A program made the translations under genes and the position numbers. Source: Candidatus Hermodarchaeota archaeon (GTDB taxonomy: Archaea; Asgardarchaeota; Lokiarchaeia; Sigyniarchaeales; SOKP01). Taken from it: a stretch of DNA of 64,000 bases. The notes under the pieces are model-generated. The model saw only the letters and a list, made by a program, of their open reading frames with translations, did not search any database and had not been told where the DNA came from. How positions within the stretch are numbered: position 1 is the first letter of the stretch; every line of letters begins with the position of its first letter. This document shows, in pieces, positions 27,337 through 37,604 of the stretch. Location of the stretch: NCBI GenBank assembly GCA_048885925.1, contig JBHLLG010000008.1:1-64000 (forward strand), read 5' to 3'.

Positions 27337-29874
27337 TTGAAAAAAATCATTAGATATTTTCTTTTAATTACATATCTTTTCTGCTCTATTGGACTTTTTT
27401 TTATATTAAATACATTAATTTTTGATTTTAAGTTAGCAACGCTTCTAATTGATTGGACATTTTTAATATCTCTTCTTTTATATTGTTTAACTATTGAAGA
27501 ATTTTATCATTGGGTTAAAAATGGCAAAAGAAGTGAAATGAGTGATATTGTGGCTATAACATTTTTCTTTTTTCTTATATTTTTCTTTTCAAAAGATTTT
27601 TTAACATCAATAATGGGTTCTTTTTCAATATATTTATGGATAGGGATTTTTGAACTGAAAGATTATCCCGTTTTGAATAAAATTTTAATCATCTCTTTAA
27701 TAACTTATAACGTTATTTTTATAGCAGGACTTTTTTCATTTTACCTTGAAGATCCATTTTTTATAAACACAAGTTTTGCTTTTTCTTTTTGGATAATTCT
27801 TCTTCTTGGATTCATGCTATTCGGGAGAAAGTATATTATTATTTGGCGATTTATGAGTCCTGAATATTTAACCTTATTTTTATATATTATTGCTTGGTTA
27901 GCTGTGGTCTTCATTAACCAATATACTCCTTTTACTTTTATTGTAGATAAAAATTTTGGCTCTCCGGGATATTCAATTCTCGATTTTTTTATGAATATTT
28001 ACTTTATCTTAATAATTGTCAATTGGATAACATATTTTTTATCAGGTTTTATTTTGGATAAATTACTGGGAATTAAGAGAGTTAAAGATGAAAATTTATT
28101 AAATATCACATATAAAATAAAAAGTGATATTGGAATCAAAAGTAAAGTGAAATTAGGTTTTGGAAAATATCCAATCTTAAATGCTATGGCTTATGGTTCT
28201 TTTTTTGATAAAAGAATTGCCGTAATAGCTGAAGATATAGATACTATTCCTGAAGATGAGTTAAAAGGGATTATTGCTCATGAATTGGCACATACCAAAG
28301 GAAGACACACGCTTATTTTAACTTTAATCACCTCTGCTGATCTTTTTATAAGAATGCTCTTTGGAATTCCTGCTACTTTTTATGATTATACCTTTGGAAA
28401 TCCTCGGATTCCAATGATAAGTTTTATACTTTTAAATATCATAATTTACATCTTTCTTTTTATATTTGTTAGAGTTTTAGAAGGAAGAGCGGATTTAATA
28501 GTAAAGAAAGTAGGATATGCTAACGAACTGGCCAAAGCACTCTATAACTTAGAAAGCTTTTATGCATCCGGACGCGAAATTGGATTAAATACTATGCTTT
28601 TATGTGATGAAAAAATAACAAAAGACAATCAATTATTAGATTATATAAGCACAGCTTTTTATTTAAATCATTCAATGATAAAACCATCTAAAGCATCACT
28701 TTTAGCCAATTTAATTAATTCACACCCTCCCAGTTATTATAGAATTGCTGCAATTTTAGGTAATGAATTGAAACCTAGTAAAGAAGCTATCCTTCCTTTT
28801 ATTTGTTTAAAGAAATCTAAACAAAAAAAATATGCAGGAAAATTTAAAGATGCACGAGAAAAATTCAAAATTATTGCAAATCAAAAATTTAAAGAATTAT
28901 TTAATGTAAATGATATTTCTTTTTTAATGAATCAATTGAAAAGAAAAGATTTATATCAATTTGACATTCAAAAAACTTTTTTATTTAAAAATTTAATTAC
29001 AAATGAAGTTATTAATGGTAAGTTGAAGGATGTTCAATTTATTGACGATATCACAGATCCTGATCAACTCATTGTTATAAATTTAAAAAATTCTCATATA
29101 CATTATTTAAATTCATCTTTATATTCACGTGTTCAATATGACCTTAATGAACAATACTTTTTGAATAAAAAAATTCCATTAATTTTGAAAGAAATTTATT
29201 TGGATGACAATAATAAAAAGGGATATTATTATTTCAAAGATAAAAATAATAATGATATTAAAAAACCTATTATTAAAACAAAATTACCAAATTCTCTTTC
29301 GGTTATTAAAAATTTCAAAGAACATGAAATATTTTTTAAAATTAAAGGAAATCTAAAAATTTTAACATGTAAAAAAATAATTCCAGCCAATAATTTAAAA
29401 GATTTTAAATTGGAGCTTGTTGATAATGAAAAAGATGATGAAAGAATAATAATATATTCTCTTAACGAGCTAATAATTCGACCGAAAAAAATTTATGTGG
29501 CAATAAGTAAAAGTGATATTTTTCGAGAATCTGAAATAAATGTAATAAATTGGCTTTCTAAGAGATACCTAAAATCATTTATTTATCTCAAAAAACCTGT
29601 AAATAATTTAGAAATTGGATATATTCAGGGTATAGATTTCATTTCACAGGAATTTAAGAAAAAATCTATCAACCAAATGAATATAAATGAGTATTTCATA
29701 AGTGTGCACAATATTTTTGGTAGGAAAATAAGAATTCCTTACAATAAGTTAGAATTAATAAGTTTTGAATACTATGGTGCGATGATTCAACTAAAAGCAT
29801 CGACTAGCTTTTCAAGTCGCTTAGGATATAAGATATTAAAAAGGTCAAAACCAGATAGAGTAATTATAACTTGA
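27337..29874 (+). CDS. M48 (HtpX/Ste24-like) zinc metalloprotease with extended N-terminal TM region and about 350 aa C-terminal domain
   Basis: NAMAYG, HELAH, EGRAD, LAKAL, SHPP..RI. Confidence 0.85.
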   Translation: MKKIIRYFLLITYLFCSIGLFFILNTLIFDFKLATLLIDWTFLISLLLYCLTIEEFYHWVKNGKRSEMSDIVAITFFFFLIFFFSKDFLTSIMGSFSIYLWIGIFELKDYPVLNKILIISLITYNVIFIAGLFSFYLEDPFFINTSFAFSFWIILLLGFMLFGRKYIIIWRFMSPEYLTLFLYIIAWLAVVFINQYTPFTFIVDKNFGSPGYSILDFFMNIYFILIIVNWITYFLSGFILDKLLGIKRVKDENLLNITYKIKSDIGIKSKVKLGFGKYPILNAMAYGSFFDKRIAVIAEDIDTIPEDELKGIIAHELAHTKGRHTLILTLITSADLFIRMLFGIPATFYDYTFGNPRIPMISFILLNIIIYIFLFIFVRVLEGRADLIVKKVGYANELAKALYNLESFYASGREIGLNTMLLCDEKITKDNQLLDYISTAFYLNHSMIKPSKASLLANLINSHPPSYYRIAAILGNELKPSKEAILPFICLKKSKQKKYAGKFKDAREKFKIIANQKFKELFNVNDISFLMNQLKRKDLYQFDIQKTFLFKNLITNEVINGKLKDVQFIDDITDPDQLIVINLKNSHIHYLNSSLYSRVQYDLNEQYFLNKKIPLILKEIYLDDNNKKGYYYFKDKNNNDIKKPIIKTKLPNSLSVIKNFKEHEIFFKIKGNLKILTCKKIIPANNLKDFKLELVDNEKDDERIIIYSLNELIIRPKKIYVAISKSDIFRESEINVINWLSKRYLKSFIYLKKPVNNLEIGYIQGIDFISQEFKKKSINQMNINEYFISVHNIFGRKIRIPYNKLELISFEYYGAMIQLKASTSFSSRLGYKILKRSKPDRVIIT

Positions 29875-29912
29875 AAAAATTTAATAAAAATGTCTTTTTC
29901 AATAAATTTATT

Positions 29913-30845
29913 ATGCCTAGCAAAATTAAAAGTATTTTTCATCTTTTAAGAATTCGGCAATATTATAAAAATGTCATGATTTTTGCTGGAATATTTTTTA
30001 GTCAAAGATTATTTGAAATATCACTTTATTATAATTTAATAATTGGTTTTATCTTACTATGTTGTGCTTCTTCAATTAATTATATAATAAATGATATACG
30101 AGATATTGAAAAAGATAAAAACCATCCAGAAAAAATCAGAAAGAGACCTCTTGCTTCTGGTGAACTTTCGGTTTTTTTTGCAATTATAATTTTACTAATT
30201 TTAACGTTTGTAATTATATTTTGCTTGATTTTTATAATTCCAAATATTGTATTAATCTTTATGATCTGTTTTGTAATCCTTACCGGTCAGCTTTATAATC
30301 ACCTTTTTAAAAATTATGCTTTTATAGATATTTTAGTTTTATCAACAGGATATTTATGGAGAGCATTAGCTGGATGTGCTATAATTAATGAATACGTTTC
30401 CGCTTGGCTCCTCTTAGCAATTTTTGAGATTGCTTTATTTTTAAGTATTGCTAAAAGAAAGGGAGATTTAAATTTGCTAGGAATAGAAAAAGCAATTGAG
30501 CATAAGAAAGTTTATGACCAATACTCTATTAGAATATTAGATCAATTTCATGTATTAATAGCAAGTTCTCTTTTTGTAACCTATTCAATTTATTTGATTC
30601 TTAAATTTAATCTCGATATACCAGGAAGTGATAATTTACATAAATATATCGTTATTTTTACGATACCAATTTTACTCTATATCATCATGAGATTTATGTA
30701 TCTAACTTCATCTAAACCTGAGATTGCTCGCCATGCAGAAAAAGCTTTTTTTGATAAAGGGTTGATGATTGCCATCCTTTTTTTATTAGCAATTCTATTT
30801 TCTACCTTTTATTTTGAAGAAATTGTCGAAATCCTAAATTTGTAG
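29913..30845 (+). CDS. UbiA-family prenyltransferase (decaprenyl-phosphate phosphoribosyltransferase-like)
   Basis: LLR..QYYKN, YIINDIRDIEKDKNHPEK.KRPLASG, LSIAKRKGDL. Confidence 0.85.
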   Translation: MPSKIKSIFHLLRIRQYYKNVMIFAGIFFSQRLFEISLYYNLIIGFILLCCASSINYIINDIRDIEKDKNHPEKIRKRPLASGELSVFFAIIILLILTFVIIFCLIFIIPNIVLIFMICFVILTGQLYNHLFKNYAFIDILVLSTGYLWRALAGCAIINEYVSAWLLLAIFEIALFLSIAKRKGDLNLLGIEKAIEHKKVYDQYSIRILDQFHVLIASSLFVTYSIYLILKFNLDIPGSDNLHKYIVIFTIPILLYIIMRFMYLTSSKPEIARHAEKAFFDKGLMIAILFLLAILFSTFYFEEIVEILNL

Positions 30846-31155
30846 CTTATTTTTCCCATTTTTCTCCCATTTCACTCTGTTTTATTAAATTTTAATTGAA
30901 ATTTTAATAAAGATTTTTAATTAGAATCTTTATAAAAATGACAGATTTAATTACTTAATAAATCTACTTCGAGAAAAAATATAAACCATAGAAAATTTGA
31001 AAATTTAGCACGCTTGAAAAGATCTTTATTAATGTACTTTAATTTCAAAAAATATTAAAAAAAAAAAGATAAAACTTATAAGTTTATGAATTTAAAACAT
31101 AACTTAACTAAAAAATCTAATAAAAATAAAATTAAATTTTATATGTGATAATGAT

Positions 31156-32871
31156 ATGGAAAGAAAAACTTTAGCGATAGGAATAATTGTAATTGTCGCA
31201 ATTGCAGGAGGCGCTATTGGTGCTGTAGTATATTTCATGACAGCTGCACCAGGCGCAGGTGAAATAACTGTTTCTGCTGGTCAGATGTATCTTCCCTTTA
31301 CCATTGATCCACAGGATGGTTGGGACAGCGCTTCTAATAATGTCATGATTAATATTGTAGAAGGGTTGTTTATGTATGATTATTCTGATCCCGCTTTACC
31401 AAAAATACCTATGCTTGCTGCAGGTTTTGGTACTTGGGATGTAACTAATACAGAATATACCGTTAATCTCAAAACGGGCGTTAAATTCCATGATGGTGCT
31501 GATTTTGACGCAGATGCCGTTGTATTTACTTTTGATAGAATGGAATGGTTGTATAACTTTACTGGGCTTAATACAGGATACGTCCCAGACGTATATGAGT
31601 TATATGAATTCCCAGATTATACTCCAATCATAGATGATGTTGTTAAAGTCGATGCCGACACCGTAAGATTTGAATTGAGTGCCCCTTTTGCCCCATTCGA
31701 GGATTTATTATGTTATGTTGCTTCATCAATATTATCACCCGACTATTATAATATAACAGGTGGTATTGTTGAACTTGATGGTGATATCGTTGGAACTGGT
31801 CCTTTTGTATACGATTCCTACGAGGAGGATGTTGAAGTCGTTATGCATGCTTTTGCCAATTATCATAGGGGCAAGGCCCAAATTGATAACTTAATCTATG
31901 TGGGAATTATTACAGCAACCGCTAGAAATGCAGCTTTATTATCCGGTGATATTCAATACTTATATTCTCCTATGGATGAGATGTGGGAGATCTTCAATTT
32001 AACTGCTGGCATTACTCTATGGGCAGAAAGAAGATCCTCAGGTGTTCAATACTTAGCAATGAATAATGTGCAGATAGATAGAGATTGGAGAGAAGTAATT
32101 TCTTATGCTTTTGATTATGACTATCTTATTGATGAAATAAGATATGGTCATGCCTCCAGATTGGATTCTCCTATTGGATACGGTATCAAGTACTACAATG
32201 GCACGCATCCAAAAGCTGTTTATAACCTTACCCATGCAAGATTAAAAATGCAATCAATGGGTTATGGAGGAGGCTTTAATGTAAGCGAAGATGATCAGTG
32301 GCTCCTACAAGCAGCCACTTCTCCATTTAGATCCCTTAACTACTCTTATAATATCGGTAATGAAATTCGAGAAGCGGTGTTCACGATGTTAATTGACAAT
32401 CTCGCAAAGGTTGGAATTAGAGTAACGGATGCTGGGAGCACTTGGAGTATTGTACTCCAAAAAATCTATGAGTTAGGAGGTTATACCAGGAATCATTTGC
32501 AGCTATTATTTGTTGGGTGGGGTGCTGATTATAACGATCCCATGAACTTTATTAATCCATTGTTCACCAATAGATCCGTAGCTTCTAACGGTTGTCAATA
32601 TAACGGGTATACAGAAGCAACAGCTGCGGGTAGAGACCCACTTCTCCTCAACGATAACGTCCAGCTTTTAATGGAAACGGCTTTATCAACACCTGACGGA
32701 CCTGTAAGAGAAGCAATGTATGATAGAATGCAAGAGCTTTTACTTGAGGATATGCCCTGGTGTTTTGCTTATTCCGGTCAAGGACCAGCCTGGGCTCACG
32801 ACTCTAACTTAATGGACATCCCATATAATGTTATGGGCAATTTGTATTTCTATCCTGTACATTATGCGTAA
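31156..32871 (+). CDS. Oligopeptide ABC transporter substrate-binding protein (family 5), N-terminally anchored
   Basis: NIVEGL, LKTGVKFHDGADFDADAVVFTFDR, VGTGPF, GWGADYNDP. Confidence 0.92.
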   Translation: MERKTLAIGIIVIVAIAGGAIGAVVYFMTAAPGAGEITVSAGQMYLPFTIDPQDGWDSASNNVMINIVEGLFMYDYSDPALPKIPMLAAGFGTWDVTNTEYTVNLKTGVKFHDGADFDADAVVFTFDRMEWLYNFTGLNTGYVPDVYELYEFPDYTPIIDDVVKVDADTVRFELSAPFAPFEDLLCYVASSILSPDYYNITGGIVELDGDIVGTGPFVYDSYEEDVEVVMHAFANYHRGKAQIDNLIYVGIITATARNAALLSGDIQYLYSPMDEMWEIFNLTAGITLWAERRSSGVQYLAMNNVQIDRDWREVISYAFDYDYLIDEIRYGHASRLDSPIGYGIKYYNGTHPKAVYNLTHARLKMQSMGYGGGFNVSEDDQWLLQAATSPFRSLNYSYNIGNEIREAVFTMLIDNLAKVGIRVTDAGSTWSIVLQKIYELGGYTRNHLQLLFVGWGADYNDPMNFINPLFTNRSVASNGCQYNGYTEATAAGRDPLLLNDNVQLLMETALSTPDGPVREAMYDRMQELLLEDMPWCFAYSGQGPAWAHDSNLMDIPYNVMGNLYFYPVHYA

Positions 32872-32906
32872 ATAACATCATTGAAAAAATAAATTATTAA
32901 ATCCTA

Positions 32907-32940
32907 TTTTTTTCTTTTTTAATATTTTTCATGTTTTTCT
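32907..32940 (+). terminator. Putative oligo-T archaeal terminator after the SBP gene
   Basis: TTTTTTTCTTTTTT tract about 35 bp after the stop codon. Confidence 0.4.
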
Positions 32941-33642
32941 TAAGGAAATTATGAACTTTCTCAATCTGTAAAATTATTATCGTGCAAATAGTAAAATGCA
33001 TAAGTAAAATTCTATTTTGATCTATTTACAACAATAGTTTTTAAGATTTAATTGGTATGTGTTTTAATGAAAATTATACGAATTAAATTATGAAGAATCG
33101 ATGTCATGACTTTTTTAAAGATTAATTAATTAAAATTATACTTTTGGATAACAGAAATGATTTTTCTATATTTTATTTGAAAAAATCCAGAAATAGCTAA
33201 ATCTTGATCTTATGCATAACAAACCATTTCAATACTCAAAATTCAAAATAGAGAGATATTAAATAGAATAAATTCTTAGAAAAAATTTATTCGGAATAAA
33301 AGTTGAAGGTTAAAATCGGTATTCTATATTTAAAAAAGTTTTAAAAAAATTAAGATTTAATATGGAATTATATTAAAAAATTAGAACATCAAATAAGATA
33401 ATCTCAATAAAAAAGTAAAGAATAATCTCATAAAACCTCTATTATGCTGTAAAATTTAAAGTCACACAGTTAATATTTTTATATATATTTAAAAGACTGT
33501 TTATATGGATGAGTTCAATGTCCCGTTAATTTAACAATATTATTATTCAATAGAATACTTTATAAAGGATCACTCTAGATATTGTTATTAATTGTCTCCC
33601 AAAAACTTTTAAATTACAAGAAATTGGTTTATATAGGGTATT

Positions 33643-34095
33643 ATGAAACTTAAAATTGAATTAAGTAGGCAAGGTAATCTAATTTTAGCAATATTATTGA
33701 TTCATTTTGTATTTTTTGGATATATATGTAATATCTTTGAAAAAGCAGCCGGGGAAAGATTGTTATATTTGCATAAAATTTTATTCGATCCAGATGCATT
33801 TTTAGCACCATTATTTCTTTTTGCTATAGTATTTTTTATGGTCTTTCGAGAAAAATTCTTCGAATATGGAATTAGAAATAGTATTTGGCTTACTCCCATT
33901 GTTATTGGACAATCATGGGTATGGATGTGGTTTATCGTTGGATTTGATATTACTCTAATTGGTGAATTTTTTACCCATCTTGACGGTTATATTACGATTT
34001 TTACGATCTTAGGTTTAAACCTGTTATCTGGGATTTTGGGAGCAATAACTAGACAAAAGTACGAAGAATACCTTCAAGAAATTAAAAAAATCTAA
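33643..34095 (+). CDS. 4-TM membrane protein leading the dppBCDF operon
   Basis: 150 aa hydrophobic ORF ending 25 bp before dppB. Confidence 0.75.
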   Translation: MKLKIELSRQGNLILAILLIHFVFFGYICNIFEKAAGERLLYLHKILFDPDAFLAPLFLFAIVFFMVFREKFFEYGIRNSIWLTPIVIGQSWVWMWFIVGFDITLIGEFFTHLDGYITIFTILGLNLLSGILGAITRQKYEEYLQEIKKI

Positions 34096-34120
34096 AATTA
34101 CATTGGAGAGAAGATAAATT

Positions 34121-35134
34121 ATGAGTATGATTAAATACATCATCAGAAGGACCCTGCAATTATTACCTGTATTGTTTGGTGCAATTACATTAACTTTTAT
34201 TCTTTCAAGATTGTTGCCAGGAGATCCCGTTTTAGCTCATCTTGGTAGGGTTTTTACACAAGAACAGTATGATTATCAGTTGAGATTACTGGGTCTTGAT
34301 AGACCAATTTTGGAGCAATATTTTCTTTACTTGGGGCGGTTATTTACTGGTGATTGGGGAGTATCCAGTCAATATAGAGGTATCCCAGTATGGGATATTG
34401 TTACAGAACGGTTTTTTAGAACTTTTGATATCGCGTTATTCTCAGTTATCATCGCATCTATCTTAGGGATTAAGACGGGTGTAATTTCAGCAACCCACCG
34501 AAATAAGGCTAAAGATACCTTCTTACGGGGATTTGCTCTGGTTGGAGTTTCTATTCCCGTATTTTGGATGGGAATGTTGTTTCAATACCTTCTCACTTGG
34601 CAAATCAAGCTGTTTCCAGCAATTGGCTACAAGACTTCAGGTATAGGAGATCCTCCCAGTATTACTAATTTCAGAATAATTGATTGTCTCTTATCAGGAA
34701 ATATCCATATGCTTATAGATTATATCGAGCATTTAATTTTACCAGTATTATGTTTAACAATTATAACACTGGCATCTATCACGAGACAAACCCGGTCGAG
34801 TATGCTCGAAGTCTTGGAACAGGATTATGTAAGAACTGCTAGGGCAAAAGGATGTAAGGAAAAGGATGTAATCAATACACATGCACGAAAAAATGCGCTC
34901 ATACCAACAATGACGATTATAGGATTAAACTTTGGAGGTTTATTAGGGGGTGCTGTTCTTACGGAATCTACTTTTAATTTGCATGGAATGGGGGAGTTGT
35001 TAATCATTGCCATTACGAATGTCGATTATTGGATATTAAATGGAATTGTATTTATAACAACGCTTGTTTTTATCATTATAAATTTAGGGATTGATGTCCT
35101 GTATGGAATTATTGACCCACGAATAAGGTATTAA
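34121..35134 (+). CDS. dppB: Oligopeptide ABC permease
   Basis: LPGDP, GLDRP...QY, GDWG, RQTRSSMLEVLEQDYVRTARAKG, DPRIRY. Confidence 0.93.
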   Translation: MSMIKYIIRRTLQLLPVLFGAITLTFILSRLLPGDPVLAHLGRVFTQEQYDYQLRLLGLDRPILEQYFLYLGRLFTGDWGVSSQYRGIPVWDIVTERFFRTFDIALFSVIIASILGIKTGVISATHRNKAKDTFLRGFALVGVSIPVFWMGMLFQYLLTWQIKLFPAIGYKTSGIGDPPSITNFRIIDCLLSGNIHMLIDYIEHLILPVLCLTIITLASITRQTRSSMLEVLEQDYVRTARAKGCKEKDVINTHARKNALIPTMTIIGLNFGGLLGGAVLTESTFNLHGMGELLIIAITNVDYWILNGIVFITTLVFIIINLGIDVLYGIIDPRIRY

Positions 35135-35175
35135 TTAATAATTAAAATAGATAAAATGAGATATGTGAAAAAGTT

Positions 35176-36189
35176 ATGAAACAAACAAAAGAACAAGAAT
35201 ATAAAGTAGAATTAGAACTAGAAGAAAGAAAAGAACAAGGTATTATAATTAGTACTCTCTCATGGATTATCCATAATCTGAAATTTCTTTTTATACCGGG
35301 TTATAGGCTAGAAGAATTATCTATTCGGGAATTTGAATATGAAAAAACGATAAGTAAAAGAAAGTTTATACGACGATTAAAATCTCCATTAACCATATTA
35401 GGAATTTTAATTGTTTTTACGATCTCAACTTTTGCCGTGTTCCCGGAATGGCTTTCTCAATATACATTTGAACAAGCTAATGGTGTATTTTATGGTGCAT
35501 GGCAGCCTGCCTCCTCAGGACACCCCCTCGGTACCACGGATTTTGGACGCGACATTTTAGCACGGCTCATTTATGGGGCAAGAGCTTCTTTGACAATTGC
35601 TTTACCGTCTATTGCTTTTAGTGTGGTTATTGGTGTTATCTTTGGAGTTATTTCCGGATATTACGGAGGATGGGTCGATTCATTAATAATGAGAATTATG
35701 GATATCTTCCTTGCGTTTCCGGGTTTGATCCTTGCTCTTGTATTTGTCGCAATTTGGGGCCCAAGGATGGAATATATAATGCTAGCTTTTGGAATTCTTG
35801 GTGTGCCCTATTATTCACGATTAATTCGAGGAGTTGTATTGCAAGCGCGAGAATTACCTTATATTGAAGCCGCAAGAACATCGGGATCAGGAAATTGGAG
35901 AATAATGTTTAGACATATCCTTCCAAATACTATACAACCTATTATTATTTCTCTTACATTTAATATTGGTGGGATCATTTTGAGTTTAGCGGGTCTTGCC
36001 TTCTTGGGTTATAGTGATATCAGATTAATTGAATGGGGAAATGATATAAATGATGCACGGCTCCATTTATATGATGCTCCCTGGGCAGCGCTCTGGCCTG
36101 GTTTTATGATCCTAATTGCTGTACTTGGTTTCATGTTAGTTGGTGATGGATTAAGGGATGCGTTAGATCCGAGATTGAAAAATTTATAA
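35176..36189 (+). CDS. dppC: Oligopeptide ABC permease
   Basis: HPLGTTDFGRD, YIEAAR..G, RHILPN, GDGLRDALDP. Confidence 0.93.
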   Translation: MKQTKEQEYKVELELEERKEQGIIISTLSWIIHNLKFLFIPGYRLEELSIREFEYEKTISKRKFIRRLKSPLTILGILIVFTISTFAVFPEWLSQYTFEQANGVFYGAWQPASSGHPLGTTDFGRDILARLIYGARASLTIALPSIAFSVVIGVIFGVISGYYGGWVDSLIMRIMDIFLAFPGLILALVFVAIWGPRMEYIMLAFGILGVPYYSRLIRGVVLQARELPYIEAARTSGSGNWRIMFRHILPNTIQPIIISLTFNIGGIILSLAGLAFLGYSDIRLIEWGNDINDARLHLYDAPWAALWPGFMILIAVLGFMLVGDGLRDALDPRLKNL

Positions 36190-36254
36190 AAATATTTTTT
36201 TTTAACTATATTTTTTAACTATATATAATTATTACTATTAGTGGAAAGAAGAAA

Positions 36255-37535
36255 ATGAATCTCGCTGAAAAAGAGAAAGTTATGAATCAAAACAATTCAA
36301 ATAACCAAACGGACGCAAGCAAAATGAGTTCTTCAGGAATACTGCTTGAGATTAAAAACCTAAAAACAAATTTTTTTACAGAAGAAGGCGTAGTTAAAGC
36401 AGTAGATGGAATTTCATTTAATTTGTATGAAGATGAAGTTCTTGGTCTTGTTGGTGAAACTGGATGTGGAAAATCTGTTACTGCTTTATCTATTTTACGT
36501 CTAGTAAGAGCACCAGGAAAAATTGTTGATGGAATTATTAAATTTAATGGTATCAATTTGTTGGATTTATCTAAAGAACAAATGAGAGAATATCGTGGTA
36601 ACAATATTACGATGATTTTTCAAGATCCTTTGAATTCTCTTAATCCTGTTCTTCAAGTTGGAAGACAAGTGTCAGAAGTCTTCTTATTGCACCAAAAAGA
36701 CAGGCTTACACAGATTAGAGAAGAACGCCTTTTGGAAAGAGAAAAAATGATTGAAGAATTAAAACAATTAGAGTTAGATTTTAAAGAGAAAAAGGCAAGT
36801 CTTACAGAAGAAGAAAAGGAAAATTTTCAACAAAATCTAAAAGAACGTAAAGAAAAAATACCAGGGAAACCAACTTTAAAAAGAATAGCTTTAGAATTGT
36901 CCGAGGATATCATTAAGGAAGTAGGAATTGCCGATGCTAAAGGCATCTTAAAGAGGTATCCACATGAACTAAGTGGTGGTATGAGACAACGTGTGATGAT
37001 TTCAATGGCACTCTCTTGCAATCCCCAACTTTTAATTTGTGATGAGCCAACAACGGCTTTAGATGTAACTATCCAAGCTCAAATTCTTGATCTAATAAAA
37101 GTTTTAAAGCGGAAGTTTAGAACATCTGTTCTCATGATTACACATGATTTAGGAATTATTGCTGAATTGTGTGATAGAGTAGCTGTTATGTATAGTGGAA
37201 ATATTGTAGAATATGCAACAGCAGAAGAACTATTTAAAAAACCTCGTCACCCCTATACTATTGGACTTATTGGGGCAATTCCTAGTATTGAAAAGAAAAA
37301 TCAAGAATTACAAACAATCCGGGGAATGGTACCAAATTTAATTTATCCTCCATCTGGTTGTAGATTTCACCCGAGATGTGATGAACGTTTGGAAATTTGT
37401 GATAAGGTGAAACCTAGATTTATAGAAATTGAAAATAAATATTTTATAGCATGTCATTTATTTGATAAAAAGTATAAAGATTCTCCAAAATATCAATGGA
37501 AAAAATCTGAGAAAGAAACTACGCTTTTTGTATAA
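36255..37535 (+). CDS. dppD: Oligopeptide ABC ATPase with coiled-coil insertion
   Basis: GETGCGKS, YPHELSGGMRQR, DEPTTALD, GCRFHPRC. Confidence 0.93.
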   Translation: MNLAEKEKVMNQNNSNNQTDASKMSSSGILLEIKNLKTNFFTEEGVVKAVDGISFNLYEDEVLGLVGETGCGKSVTALSILRLVRAPGKIVDGIIKFNGINLLDLSKEQMREYRGNNITMIFQDPLNSLNPVLQVGRQVSEVFLLHQKDRLTQIREERLLEREKMIEELKQLELDFKEKKASLTEEEKENFQQNLKERKEKIPGKPTLKRIALELSEDIIKEVGIADAKGILKRYPHELSGGMRQRVMISMALSCNPQLLICDEPTTALDVTIQAQILDLIKVLKRKFRTSVLMITHDLGIIAELCDRVAVMYSGNIVEYATAEELFKKPRHPYTIGLIGAIPSIEKKNQELQTIRGMVPNLIYPPSGCRFHPRCDERLEICDKVKPRFIEIENKYFIACHLFDKKYKDSPKYQWKKSEKETTLFV

Positions 37536-37604
37536 AATTGGAAAATATATTTATTTAATAAAAAGAAAAATCAAGTAGAAATAAAAAATATAGGTATAAA
37601 AAAC

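Noticed and set aside
33103-33110. GTCATGAC palindrome in the Dpp spacer
   Set aside because: An 8 bp palindrome is expected by chance
36195-36225. Short direct repeat TTTTTTAACTATA x2 between dppC and dppD
   Set aside because: Only two low-complexity copies; not a CRISPR or mobile-element end
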